From the NCBI GenBank assembly GCA_030248215.1, contig JASANG010002509.1:310001-374000 (forward strand): 64,000 nt of DNA, in the 5' to 3' direction. Below the pieces are notes generated by a model. It searched no databases. It saw nothing but the letters and a program-made list of their open reading frames with translations, and was not told where the DNA came from. The stretch's first letter is position 1. Every line of letters begins with the position of its first letter. Both the position numbers and the translations under genes were made by a program. The stretch comes from Enoplolaimus lenunculus (taxonomy: Eukaryota). Below are positions 13,501-28,500 of this stretch, piece after piece.

Positions 13501-16500
13501 CCAGGGTCAATGAGATCCATAAAGTTGTCCAGGGTCAATGAGATCCATAAAGTTGTCCAGGGTCAATGAGATCAAAAAGTTGTCAGGGTCAATGAGATCC
13601 ATAAATTTCCAGGGTCAATGAGATCATAAAGTTTCCAGGGTCAATGAGATCATAAAGTTGTCCAGGGTCAACGAGATTACAAATTTGTCCAGGGTCAATG
13701 AGATCATAAAGTTGTCCAGGGTCAATGAGATCCATAAAGTTGTCCAGGGCCAATGAGATCCATAAAGTTGTCCAAGTTTTATGAGATCCATAAAGTTGTC
13801 CAGGGTCAATGAGATCCATAAAGTTGTCCAAGTTCAATGAGATCCATAAAGTTGTCAGGGTAATGAGATCCATAAAGTTGTCCAGGGTCAATGAGATCCA
13901 TAAAGTTGTCCAGGGTAAAGGAGATTCACAAATTTGTCCAGGGTCAATGAGATCCATAAAGTTGTCCAGAGTCAATGAGATCCATAAAGTTGTCCTGGGT
14001 CAATGAGATCCATAAAGTTGTCCAAGTTCAATGAGATCCATAAAGTTGTCCAGGGTCAATGAGATCCATAAAGTTGTCCAGAGTCAATGATATCCAAAAA
14101 GTTGTCCAGGGTCAATGAGATCCATAAAGTTGTCCAGGGTCAATGAGATCCATAAAGTTGTCCAGGGTCAATGAGATCCATAAAGTTGTCCTGGGTCAAT
14201 GAGATCCATAAAGTTGTCCAGGGTCTATGAGATCCATACAGTTGTCCAGGGTCAATGAGATCCATTAAGTTGTCCAGTGTCAATGAGATCCATAAAGTTG
14301 TCCAGGGTCAATGAGATCCATAAAGTTGTCCAGGGTCAATGAGATCCATAAAGTTGTCCAGGGTCAATGAGATCCAAAAAGTTGTCCAGGGTCAATGAGA
14401 TCCATAAAGTTGTCCAGGGTCAATGAGATCCATAAAGTTGTCCAGGGTCAATGAGATCCATAAAGTTGTCCAGGGTCAACGAGATTCACAAATTTGTCCA
14501 GGGTCAATGAGATCCATAAAGTTGTCCAGGGTCAATGAGATCCATAAAGTTGTCCAGGGCCAATGAGATCCATAAAGTTGTCCAAGTTCAATGAGATCCA
14601 TAAAGTTGTCCAGGGTCAATGAGATCCATAAAGTTGTCCAAGTTCAATGAGATCCATAAAGTTGTCCAGGGTCAATGAGATCCATAAAGTTGTCCAGGGT
14701 CAATGAGATCCATAAAGTTGTCCAGGGTCAACGAGATTCACAAATTTGTCCAGGGTCAATGAGATCCATAAAGTTGTCCAGGGTCAATGAGATCCATAAA
14801 GTTGTCCAGGGCCAATGAGATCCATAAAGTTGTCCAGGGTCAATGAGATCCATAAAGTTGTCCAGGGTCAATGAGATCCATTAAGTTGTCCAGTGTCAAT
14901 GAGATCCATAAAGTTGTCCGGGGTCAATGAGATCCATAAAGTTGTCCAGGGTCAATGAGATCCATTAAGTTGTCCAGTGTCAATGAGATCCATAAAGTTG
15001 TCCGGGGTCAATGAGATCCATAAAGTTGTCCAGGATATGTATGTATGTATATATATAATATCTTAGTGTGTAATAAACGTATAAACTCACTAAAACTGAA
15101 CTATAATTTTTAAGTATGGGTTATTCGAACTCCAAGCGATAACGAAACATTTCATCAAAATTTGCGTCGTTTGTCTAAGTGCTGGTGGAGAGGTATTGTT
15201 AATGCAGTAACCGCTGCCGAACTATACTATATTTAACCGATTGTGCTCACCGCTTTGCGTGTCAATTTTGCGCACTTGGCGGATCCAAGTGCGGACATCC
15301 AGGGGTATAGTTTCACCTCGCTCACAGGATACAAAAAATGTGTATAATATTGGTAACTAAGTTTGAGTATTAAAATAGCTTGCTTGCTCTGCTCTCACCT
15401 ACACTGTAAAAAATGGTGAGTCAAATTGACTCTCTCCGAAATCGGCTTTTCCTGATTACACAAACTGAGTCAATCTCGACTCCGGCAGGGTCAAATTCGA
15501 CTACCTGAGCGATTCAGGGAATCGAATTTGACTCTGGCAGAGTCGAATTTTGTGTCAGTTTGTGTAGCCAGGAAAAGCTTATTTCGGAGAGAGTCAATTT
15601 GACTCAACATTTTTTGCAGTGTGCTTTGTACGTCAACTTTTTTAACTATTATATATCATGTGCGCATTCGACTGAAAAATTTCTGGATCCGCCACTGTGA
15701 TTTCGCGTGTTGTAAATAGTTATTTTGTGCAGTCATTGTTTCACTATTAATGCATGATTGTGGTGTTGCAGTATAATGCGATGCTTGCATTTACAATGAT
15801 CTTTTAACCAAAATATAAAATACAAAAACTGCAATATCCATGTTACAACTGTGTGCGAGTCGAATTTGACTCTGGCGGAGTCGAATTAGACTCAGTTTGT
15901 GTAGTCAAGAAAAGCCTATTGCAGAGAGAGAGTCTATTTGACTCACCATTTTTTACAGTGTTGTAACAGTCCTTCAAACAAGTGAATTGGAACAAATTAC
16001 CAAAAGCGATGCTATGCGCGTCTCACATGCAGTCTGCTACACTGCTAAAAATGGTGAGTCAAATTGACTCTCTCCGAAATAGGCTAAACGGGACTACAAA
16101 AAACTGAGTCAAATTCCACTCCGCCAGAGTCAAACGTGCGACTCAGTGAGTCGAATATTTCGGAGTGTCATTTTGGCTCACCATTTTTTCCAGTGTATGA
16201 GCAACTCAATTGCAAGCATAACGGACAAAATATGCTTGTAAGGAAGGGTTAAAATTTGAATACAGTCTTGATTAGCTTATAAGTTACACACCCTATCAAC
16301 TGGTAATAGATAGTACACTTATTTTAGAATAGGGTGCGTACAAGCGTTTGGGTTTGGTACAACATTAATGTTCATAATTTTCCAATTGACATCCGCATCA
16401 TATGTACGCCATAATATAAAAATTAAAATCTTAATAACCACATTTCTGGTACGTTTACAAATAAGAATGCACAGAAATTGCCTGAATGGACAAGACCGCA

Positions 16501-19500
16501 GCAGCCATCCCCATACCCCCCATTTTGAGGCACTCCCACCCCTAAAGGGGCGCCACCGTAATCGGTTGAAACAAAACCCGCCGAAGTTTTAAAATGCGTT
16601 TGGCTTCTCGCTCGTTTCGCTCACGAGTTTTGGTGAAAGCATCAACCCCTGTCTGCTCCGGCACTATGAATGGGTAGTATATACAGCGTTATATTTGCTC
16701 GTATAACTTTTTGTAGCTCGCAACGTTGTGCTTAAACTATATCTTGATTGTAGTATTTCGGCGTCCGAGCATAGCAATCAACCATCAGCTCATCGAAAAT
16801 AGCACATGGTCGACCAGAAGAATTCGCTGACCTATAAAATTTTGACAATTTTTAGCGAAAATTTTCAGTATACTTTTGAGCTAACAATTTCAAAAGTGGA
16901 AAAAATTCACTTTCGAAATTTTCGATCAATATCCTGCGGCCTGTCCCATGGAGCGGCCAAATCCGCCACGCCTCATAAAGCCTTACCGCCCACTTGTGTT
17001 CCTTGTTTCCTTCAGTCCAAATTGGCGTTTCTCTCGTTACGCCGTTTTAAGACTCGTATATCACAAGCGTAACCAGGCGTCGGCAGCAAAAAGGACAACA
17101 TTTCTGGTCACGAAAGTGAAATTTTGTTTACATAAAATTCTTGTAGTCGGAAATAGCTCCAAGAGCGTCAGCGACGGCAAAGACGTCTGAAAGACTATAC
17201 TAAACACGGTCTTATTCCTGGGCTACTGTTTTGCACGAAAACGCTCTGGCTGGACTTACTATGTTATGGCATGTGTGCTTCTATCTTCTACAGCTTAAAG
17301 CCAGTGATACTTGCAAATATAGTCTTTGTTGGGTGCCGATAACAAAAATGGTCTATGTTAGTTATAGGAGCCAGCTGGTTGGAATACAGAAAGACTGGGG
17401 CTTAGGTCCTGGAAACCGTTAACGTATGATTTATAATACGCTTATGTTTAGGCTTAGGTTTAGGTTTAGCCTTACCAAGGTGGTTCCTAATATTGGTATA
17501 AGCTATAGCATACGTAGGCTTGGCTGTGAAACTTAGCGGTATTTTTAAGCTGAAAACTTTAAGTACAAATTTGGTGCCGGTCGAGACGCCAAAGTGTTTA
17601 TACACCCTCGGTTGATACTTGACAGAAAAAATTCTAAGGGAAAAACGTGCTCGGATAGTGTGCATTTTCAACCCTTTCACAAATAGAGAATTGATTTTTA
17701 GCGTAAAAGAAAAAGATAATATATATTTGTCTGTGATATGACATTTGAACCTAAAAACACATTTTAGATTCAATTTTAATCATATTAAAAGCAGAATAAT
17801 AATAATAATTATTATTATTATAATAATTATAATGATAATAATTGTAATAATTATAATAATAATAATTATTATTATAATTATAATAATAATAATTGTAATA
17901 ATTATAGTAATAATTATTATTATTATAATTATAATAATAATAATTATTATTATAATTATTGTAATAATTATAATAATAATTGTAATAATTATAATAATAA
18001 TTATTATAATAATAATTATAATTATGTTAATAATAATTATAATAATAATAATAATAATATTAATAGAATGATTGAATCTAAACTTTCGAAACTTATCAAT
18101 GATTTAGCCCTTGTTTCACATCTAATGAAAACAAAATATTTTCATTAATTTAATACCGTTTCAAGTGAATTCTATTAAGCCGAAAACGGACAGCAAAATG
18201 TGACATTACAAATTGATGTTTGGTTTCAGTGTACGCTAAAGAACCGGCGTTCCCTGCGCGATACGACGCTGCGACGTTGATCATTCGAGTCATCGATGTG
18301 AACGATCATACTCCAGTGTTAACCGAAGCGTCATGTTTACCGATGACCATACCAGAGGATTCACATTTCGTCAACATTCGGCGAATACTTGCAGTTGATG
18401 GAGATACTGGAGACAATGCGAAGATCACGTATAGTATTGCAGGTCAGTTGTTAAGTGGTTTAAAAAGGGCCAATACAAAACGCGGCCAATGTTACTTTTA
18501 AGAGCGTAACAGTAGATTAAGCGTATTCCTAAGCCTAAGCCTTAGCCTAAGCGTTGAAAAAATGTGTTCCTAAGCCTAAGTCTAAGCCTAAGCCTAAGCA
18601 AAAAATGTAATCTAGAATTTAAACCAAGTCTTTGATAGACCCACCAGAAACCTGGACGCCCCTTTAAAGTATGATGGGCCAAAAATGCAGTAGGAAATTC
18701 CGTTTTTAAGGTTCGCCCACAGTCTTAGAATAGAGCTCAAAATGCGGTAGCATTGATGGTTGATTAGTTTTCGACAAACGCCAGTTGGCATTTTGACCTA
18801 AAAGCTCCCTGAACGCACAGGGGAATTACGACAATGATACCCGACAACTCATCGGCCGACACCTTTTTATCCAAATTCTAGTCGACTCGACAACTCATCG
18901 ACCGACACTTTTTTATGAAAATTCTAGTCGACTCGACAAATTGTCGTCCATCGTTAAATTTAGCGCCAGGTCTAGGACTAGGCACAAGATTATGTTTAAG
19001 CTTAAAACGGACGGGTGACAAGCTGGCTGGGCGACGAATGGACGTCAATTCAAAACAATGGCCAGTACCAGGGTGCAACCGAAATTTCGGTTCCGGTAGG
19101 AAAATCCGGTATTTTTTACTATCCGGTTCCGGTAATAAATCTAGTAATTTTTCACCGGAATTTTCCGCTATTTTCGGTATTGAAAATTTTTCTCATTTGA
19201 AAATTTAAGAAAAATTGGCATATTATTCTAACTTATTTCTCTAAAATTGTCCGTGCGTGTATTGCCGAAATTTTCAATTTGTGCCATACTCCATAATGTA
19301 TCATATGTTTTCGCCTACTGCATTTGTTTCAGGATTTTGTCATTCTAAATGATGTGTTTACAGCATTAAAAGCGATAAAATAGCGTTAAAAGTAACAAGT
19401 AATATTTATTTTCCGGTTCCGGTATTTTTTTAACTTTCCGGTTCCGGCTCCTCCGGTATTTTATAAATCCGGTTGCACCCTGGTCAGTACGCATATTGTT

Positions 19501-22500
19501 ATGACGGTGGGTGTATTATTTCAGAGCGCATTTCAATAGCATTTTTTTGGTTTGTTATTTCAGGCGGTAACAATGACGGTAAATTCTACATCGACCCGCA
19601 CTCGGGTTATTTGTCATCACAAATTTTGGACCGAGAAATTGTTGCGTACTATAACCTAACTTTAGTCGCAATTGACTCAGGGGTACCGGGGCTTACGGAT
19701 ACTTGTGAGTTGAACGTGAACGTTGCCGACGTTAACGACAACGCACCTTTATTTGAGCGACCGGAATATTCAACTGAACTGCCGGAAAATGTACCTTTGA
19801 GAACCAGGGTACTTACACTGAGGGCAACAGATCCGGATTTAGGTTCGTCTGGTCAAGTTACCTATAGCATCCGTAATGATTCCAGTCGAGGTCTGTTTGA
19901 AATCAATAATTCAACCGGAGAGATTCGAACGAAGCGGTAAGCGGCGTAATCAGGTTTCGATACCTGTTACCTGATTTAAATACGAGTAATATTAACTGAC
20001 CCCCATAACAGCAAGGAAGCCATCCAAGAAACCTCAGCCCCCTCTAGAAACGTTTTAGCTCCGCTGGATATGAGAACCAGTCGAGCAGATCAAGTGTTTA
20101 GTTTAATATTGAATCATCGCTTGTGTGATGTGTCAAATAGTTTGGCCAATGTAAAGAACAAGGTTGAACAGTATTATAAGCATGTTCCTAGCCTAAGCCT
20201 AAGCCGAAGCGTGAGGATGAGTATATTCCTAAGCCTAAGCCATAAGCCAAGCAAAAAATAGTCTAAAGCTTTAAGCTTGCTCTTTTCTATTCACACAGAA
20301 AAAACGAACCGCCCCTGATCTTTACATGGGCCAATAGTTTAAATGGTCTAATATTTATGCATTGAAAATTCATTAATATTTCAACCGTCGACAGCTCATC
20401 TGGCTAGAGTGCGTTAAAAAATTTTCAGGACGGTCATACAACGATTTTCGTCGACTTACAAGCACCGCTGAAAAATTTTAGGGGGGTAAAATTTTTCCGG
20501 GGGGGGGCGCAGAGCCTCTCTGATCCCAGTTGGTTACTGGCCCTAGCGGGTATTCTGAAATATTCAGTGTTTTTAGTGTTTTTAAAATCGATTCACGACG
20601 GTAGAGTACAAATCTGTGCATCCTTGATACGTTTTCAGACCAATTGATTACGAATCAGGCCACGCGTACACGTTCACAGTGATCGCTGCAGATAACGGTG
20701 TCGCGCAAAGCAACACTGCAACTGCAATGGTCACTGTCAACGTGTTAGATCGCAATGATCACGAGCCACAGTTTGACCGCTGGCTAATTGTTGTGAATGT
20801 GACGCAACAGTTAGCAGCAGGCCAACGGATTGTTAAACTGGTCGCACGTGATCGCGATGGACCTGGTGGAAACTCGAAAATTCACTATAGGTAGGTGGTA
20901 GTTTGATTTTGTATAAAAACTAATACTTGATTAATAGAAAAATTTCATTTTTGAAACTTGTAGTGTAGGATAATGGCTGGGTTTCTAAAATGTTACTAAA
21001 GTATTTACTCAACCTATACTTAACCACTTCTCACATTGAGTTGCCTATAGGCAACTCAGCGCAGTGTATATACGGTAAATAATATATATCGCACCGTGTT
21101 GAACAATTGCAACACGTATACATAGTACTAAATCACCACAAGACGTGAGAGTCCCCTCGGGTTCGAGCGTCAAGCTCCTATAGCTGAGTGGCGATGGTAT
21201 ACGCCTCCCACTCCAGTCACTGGAGTTCGAATCCTAGCATAAAAGTTGATCTCAGGGGAAATAGAAAATATTCATGTGAGATAGGGCTGAGTAATTATTT
21301 AAGTCGCTGACTTAAGTAAATACTTAACTTTTCGTACAAAACAGGTAAACGCCGAATGTGAGCCATTATCATAGCAAAAAGGTAACAGGTTTGATTTATA
21401 TTAAGGTGAGCCATGGTTTGTATACTTGCACGATTATTTGGTCCTAAGTTAAGGTGGTTGATAGACTTTTTTCAGCTGTTCAAAACTTGAAAATTCAATC
21501 CAAGCAGACTTGAGTGTAAAACTGATATTTATAACAGGCTTCTAAAGTTAAAATTAATATTCCGTGCCCGGTGCTTGAAACAAATTTTTCGAAATACTGC
21601 TTGTCATGGTTCATTTAAAAATGTGTTTCACACAAATGCTCACCGAATTCAAAAGTGGCCTCTATCGAATTTTGATTTTCAGCTTTGTCGATCCGTTTCC
21701 TGCTCAATTTAATATCAACTCTGAAACTGGTGTAATTTCGGCGAAATCTGACGTCAGCCTCGCTGCTGACAACGGAGCCCCGATAATGTTTCGAGTCCTT
21801 GCGTCAGATAGTGGCAAACCGCGAGCGTTGTCCAGTTCGGCTATGGTATATATTCGAATTGCTGATCAAGGTAAATATCGATAGGCTGACCTTTTGCCTT
21901 AAAGTCAGCGAGCGATTTATTTAATTACTGTAGTGACCCGAATAAGAATGGGGACTGATATTTATTATATATCCAGTTATGCAACTATCCGTTGAATTAA
22001 ATGTTTGTCTCGCGTAAATAGCTTGACCGATAATCAAGGTTTATACTTAGGAATGTACTTTCAAAACTTAAGTGCGCTTTAAAGTTTTGAAGTCAACTTT
22101 ATTTGGTCCTGGAGTCATTTATGCGCTACAATTTGAGATAATTGACATTTATGGTCTCTAATTATGGTTTAGGGATTCCATCCGCTTACGGACTCTTATT
22201 AGGGATACGAACTCCTATTGATTGGGACCCAAAATGGGGACCCCTCTTATTAGGCTCGCTACAGTATGTTTTGTTTATAACCCTTGAAAGATAGATAGTT
22301 GAAGGTAGAAACCGTTCAAAGATAGATTGTTAAACGTGGAATACCTCCGTCCATGAGATTTTTGGAAACTCAAAAAAACGAAAAATAGTTTTTTTAGGCT
22401 TCAGAATAACCTGGTACCTCGTCCTGTTCACAAAACCATTTTCGTTCGAATGACATCATGCCTACACTTCTGCTAATTTGTTTTTAACATTACAATTTAC

Positions 22501-25500
22501 ATTTGAATTAAAACAATTTTTGTTAATCTGCAAAAATACCTTTTTCATCTATTAATGCGGAGGCATCATTTTCACAATATTATTTTCGGGTTTTTTCAGG
22601 ATCAGATCAAAATGGCTTGCGATTTGCCGAACAAATAGTGATGACAAGCATATCAGAAAACGTTATTGATGGCACTGAAGTGATTACTGTAACTGCAGTT
22701 GGTGATACGTCGCGTAACGTTGAATATTCGCTGATTGCAGGCAATCGACTTGATGTGTATGCGATAGACTCAGCAAAAGGTAAACAAACAAACTCTCACA
22801 TTTATTGAAATTATTGGCCAATTTTATTTTTAGGGCCGTAACAGAAGATTAAGTGTATTCCTATAAGCCTAACCCTAAGCCTAAAAGCGTTGCATAAGCG
22901 TATTGCTAAGCCTAAGCCTAAGCAAAAAAATGTAACCTAGAATGTAAGCCTACTCTTTTACAGACCCACCGCTAACCGGGACGGCCCTAAAAGTAACATG
23001 GGCCATTATAAAATAACCTTCGGATTTATACAAATTGAATTTTGCAAATGGGACGATATGGAATTTCAATCCACATTTAAGGTTTGTCAATGTCCCACAG
23101 TTTCGCTGGCTCTCGGACGGCAGCACCTTGAACTGATCCGTGGCTACTTTATTATACGCTTTATAATACAATGCTTATAAATATTGAAAATATTAATTTC
23201 AGTCATTCGTTGTGTGTCAACTACGAGTCACACCCTATATTAGCGCACAGCTAGCATCGCCAATTAACAAAACGTTAATAGCGTTGTATTATGCACCCCA
23301 AAAGAACCAAAACAAAACTGACCCCACGTATATATCTTTATCCAAACTCGGCTCACCACCCGATTTGCCTAGGCATCTTGATGCCACTCAAAACCGGAAA
23401 TATATACAAATTTTCCTATATCCTGAAACCCACCAGACAAAACAACTAACCGAACCAAATACCTCAAAAGTCTACGCCCACGCAAACCGAGATGGGTTGA
23501 TCCTTCAAAGATATATTTTTAATTGGCTTCCACACACATGTTTAGTACTTATTGTTGTTTAGGCACAATCCGTGTTCGCAATACAAGTACCTTGGACGCG
23601 GATACGGATGCTCAACCGCATACTTTGGTCGTAATGGCCCGAACCACACGGCGACTAAACGCATATCCTAGCGGCGCTGCTCCGGTCAGCGATGCATTTA
23701 CAATTGTTCAAATAACCGTCGACGACGCAAATGACAATCAACCTGAATTTTTACAAAACGAATATTTCGCTGCTATTTATGAAGGGAAGCCAAAAGATGC
23801 TTTTGTCATGCAGGTATAAACGGCAAAACGTTGGCAGCAGGGTTGCAACCGGAATTACAATTTACCGGAACCGAAATTCCGTATGTATCCCGGTTGGCAG
23901 TGTTTAAAATGGTTAAAAATGTTCCAAACAGAACAGCCAGCTGCACTAAAGTGATCTTTTCAGTAATCGGCGAAATAATAAAAGTCTGTGAAATGGTTTC
24001 GATGTGCAACCTGCGTGGCGGTGTAGGTTGTATCACTGCAAAAAATGATGAGTCATCTAGGTTGTACACTGCAAAAAATGGTGAGTCATCTTTACTTTCT
24101 CCGAAATAAGCTCTACATACGGAACTTTACACAAACTGAGACAAATTCGACTCCGTCAAAGTTAAATTCGACTCCCGCGTTGCACGTTTGGCTCTGGCTG
24201 GGTCGACTTTTAACTCAGTTTGTATAGTCCCGTAGAGCGTATTTCGGAGAGATTCTATTTGACTCACCACTTTTTAAAGTGTGTGAGAACAAATTTGATA
24301 TTTAATGTAATTGATAAGGGTGGTAATTCTAAAAATTAACCAATCATATCAGTCTATCGAATCTACACTGGGAACATCCGAAGCTTCCCGTTGACTCAAG
24401 CTCAGTGGGATGCACCCAAATTGTCTGAACAGCACATGCACCTCTGAATTTTTTGGTGTCGATTCAATTTCAATTTCTTTAGCCGTCATTGTTGTCTGTA
24501 AAACGGAAATTTTTAAACAAAGTAAATTTTTGGTTGCAATTAAATGGTTATTTTCAGGTCACCGCATTTGATGCTGACTCAGGTCAAAATGCAGCGTTAA
24601 CGTACAGCGTGGTCGGTGGCAACGTTGACGGCGCGTTTCGCATCGAACGAGACGGCCTTTTGAGGACCGACAGCGAACTGGACCGCGAAATCACAAACGC
24701 GTACAGGCTAATTGTGATGGGTGCCGATAACGGCCGCCCGAACATTCAGTCAGCAAGCACTGCGGTGAATGTTCGAGTACTGGACGAAAATGACAATGAA
24801 CCAACGTTCGCTAAACTGTCCGATGTTAAACTTAACGAAGGTTTGTGTATTAACAGGAATGTGCTCTGATCCAACTTTAGATAATTTACACTTCTCAAGA
24901 CTAGACCACAACTTAACTTGCCCTACTTACAGTTAATCGACATTGAGAGAAATTAGTGACTGGCATTCCATAGACGGTCCAGTATTATAACTTAATCACA
25001 ACTGATTAACCCGTTTCTGTCCACATCGAGTTATTTGGATCACACACATTTATAACTTATACCAGCATTTTTTTTCTATGGTTTTAGTTTATCGCTTTAG
25101 AAATATTAGACTTCTGTATGCTGCTGCACTGCAAAAAATGGTGAGTCAAATTGACTCCCTTCGAAATAGGCTTTTCCGGACTACACAAACTGAATCAAAA
25201 TTTGACGCCGCCTGACAAATTCGACTCAATTTGACTCTGGCGAAGTCGAATGTTGACGCAGTTTGTATAGTCATGAAAAGCGTATTTCGGAGAGAGTCAA
25301 TTTGATTCATCATGTTTTGCAGTGTATGATACCGTTCGAGTGATATTTTTCATATCCGAAAATTCGGTGATTATTATAATTATGTACTAGCAAATATTCC
25401 CTTCCCATGTTGGTATAATTGCCAACAAAAGACCTCTGGGTACGAAAAAATATCGGCTGTCCATTTACCACCATTGACATCAAATTCCGCTTCACCAAAA

Positions 25501-28500
25501 CGGGAATTGTTGGTTTAGGCACACCGCTGGGTACCCATGTGGCTACTGTGACGGCAAACGACGTCGACACTGGACCAGTGCTGATGTACCGTATCGTTGA
25601 CAACGGTGACGTCACAAGACCGTTCTCGATCGATCGGTTTTCTGGTCGAATCACACTGGCTGACCGCCTTGACTATGAAACTCGCCGCGAACACGTCATT
25701 CAAATCGCAGTAAGTCGTGCTGCGCAATTGTGTCGAGCTATGGTTAATCGCCATGGTGGTGTAGCCAGGATTTTGTACGGGTGGTCAAACCAGGGTCGTA
25801 ACTCCTGGCAGTGAGCAAGTACCACAGACAACAACCTTCGGTGGTTTTTTCTGGCTGGAAAAACTGATCGGTAGCATTGAAATAATTTTAGGTTCAAATT
25901 TTTTCATGTCCAATTCGTAAATGTATGTGTTAATACATTGGGTAGAAAATATTTTCGAAAAGTTGGCATGGCTGCGTATAGCTTAGTGGGTTAGAGCAGC
26001 GGACCAGGGATTCGTACGTCGGGGTTTCGAGCCCCGCCGCATTTGCAGCAAAATATTTACGTGGCTCTATTTGGTGCTGCTTAACTTAGAATTACTAAGC
26101 ACATATTTTTAGTTAATTTTTTCATAGTCAGTCATTGAAGGAGTATTAATTAAATGCGCTCAATTGCAAACGCGTTTTAAAATAGGAGCAGATTAAATGG
26201 GTTTTCGATGTGGCCTAATGTAAGGAACTCGGGCTGAACAGTATTATAAGCATATTCGTAAGCCTAAACCTAAGCCAGGCAAAAAATAGTCTAAAGCTTA
26301 AGCTTACTCTGTTCTATAATCCCACAGAAAAACGTTCCGAGTATAATTTTGACAGATTTTATAAAAAAATATTAATTTGTTCAGGTATCAGACGCCGTTC
26401 ACGAAGCGTCAACTCAGTTGAAAATTGTCGTTGAGGATGACAACGATAATACACCGCATTTTACGCATCATTTTTATCAGGTAAAAATCAAATGTTCGAT
26501 TCAGAAATTTGTGACGGGGGACGCGCGATACATGACAGTGAAAAAAATTCGCGAGTGAGGGGGTGAAAATTTTGTACCGATTGTTTAACGCAAACTTTTG
26601 GTTTCGATCCTTATTCGGGGGGAGATAGACATGGCATAGCTGCGACACCATTTGATCGGCCATTGGGTAAATGTTACAGGAACAAGGGGTACGCCTAGTA
26701 GTAAGCTTAGGTATGTCATGTAATGCCTATACTACCAACCAGAGCTACCCGCTACCCGTGGGTAACGCGGGGCGGGGTTGGAAAATTTTGGCGCGGGTAT
26801 ACGCACGGGTAAAGAATTTCAAAGTGCGGGTAAAAATTTGTGATTCTTTACTCGCCTAAAGTTTTCATAAAAATGGCAAACACCGATTTACGATTAGCTA
26901 GTATCCGTTAGAAATAAAACGGGTTACTTTGATTATGGTTCTGGCTAATTAGGGCAATGCACATGGAAATACTTTTCACATACATTACAACAGAAATTTT
27001 TGGAGTACAACGTATCATATAGCATTTGGAGACATTGTTCGCTGTTCCTATAGAGGTTATATTTTTCTTTGGCTTTGAACAATATGTTCGCGAACTTTTG
27101 GAATGAAATCTTTAAAAACAAATTGCGAAGAAGCCAGAAAGAAATGTGTGATTAAACGATTTTAACTACAATGATTTCGCACAAACAACAACGTTTTGAT
27201 TCACTGATCATGATCACCAATCGGCAAATAACCAAGGTTTTACCGGTGATAGGTGTAATGTGCAATATTATCCACATTTTTTGCTGAGTGGTTTGTTTTC
27301 AAAATTACTAAAAAAGAGTTTAATGTAACGTAAATCTCAGTGACTACATTTATACACTACAAAATTACACAATTGTATTGAACACAGAAGAAAAAATAAG
27401 GAAGCGTAAACGCGGGCAGTGGGTAAAGAAATTTTGTGCGGGTATACCGGCAGGTAAAGAAAACAAAATTTCGTCAGGGAAAGCGTGGCGCGGGTAAAAA
27501 AATCTGTACCCACTTACACCACCGTTACCAACAGTATATAATCGTATCAGAGGACCTGCCTGTAAGCTAAAATTTTTTAGCGAAAATGGTTTACTTTACA
27601 GTTTGAATGTAACATTGATAGCTAGTGGACGGCCAGTAGCGGCTCAATTACCCTGGAAGAAATTTGCGCCCCCCCCCCTAGAACCATTCTTAACCTTGCT
27701 TGTAACCCATCGAAAACCCTTGCATGCCCCGTCTAAAAATTGTTTAGCTCCTTTTAGCAAAGTGACCTACATTTCACTTGATTCTCGTTTACTATTACAG
27801 GTGTCACTGCCGGAGGATACTTCGGCTGGCTCGTCAATCGCTCGTGTTACTGCGACCGATATGGATTCTGGCGACAACGGTCGTGTTTCGTATCGAATTA
27901 CGCGTATCAATCCATCTGTAACGGGATTTCATATGAACTCAACGACAGGTGAAATGTTTGATTGTTTCGTAGCCTTTTGCAAACATTCAATTTGAGTTTT
28001 AGGAATGTAAATTCAAGACCAATTTTTTGTAGAACAATTAGAACGCACACACACCATTGTCAGGAAATATATTAAATTTGACCGTTACGTTGTGTTAATC
28101 GCCACAATACCTAACGCACTTTGAGCCAGATTCCGTTCTGACCGATTCGTAGATACAGGGAGACCAGGGGGCTCAGCTCCCCTTATATAAACTTTGGTTC
28201 AGCTAGAATAGTTTTAGCCAGGGCCCATATTCTCAAATAAACACCTATCCTCAGTTAGCGATAAGTTTTCAAACTAACGAACATCTGCAATTGCAGATCT
28301 GAAAATTGGTGCAGGAGTAGGGCAAAAACGCAAAAAAATGCGCTGAATTTCAAACCTCACCGTGCGCTGGTTCCAAAGTTACACGACCTATCACCAACTG
28401 GTAATAGGCGCTATACACATTGGCGAATACGGGCCCAGGCTAGCAAGGTTCGTAAAACCAACAGTGTGTCCCTTCTAAAAAAAGTGTTTTGGATCCAAAG

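Noticed and set aside
11920..15035. 28-bp repeat array as a CRISPR array, or the ORFs across it (12421-12636, 13589-13975, 13624-13809, 13809-14006) as proteins
   Set aside because: Units are contiguous with no unique spacers, there are no cas genes, and the setting is a eukaryotic intron. The unit length is not a multiple of 3, so the ORFs are repeat translations.
17745..18071. Poly-isoleucine 108-aa ORF
   Set aside because: It is the translation of an (ATA/ATT)n microsatellite.
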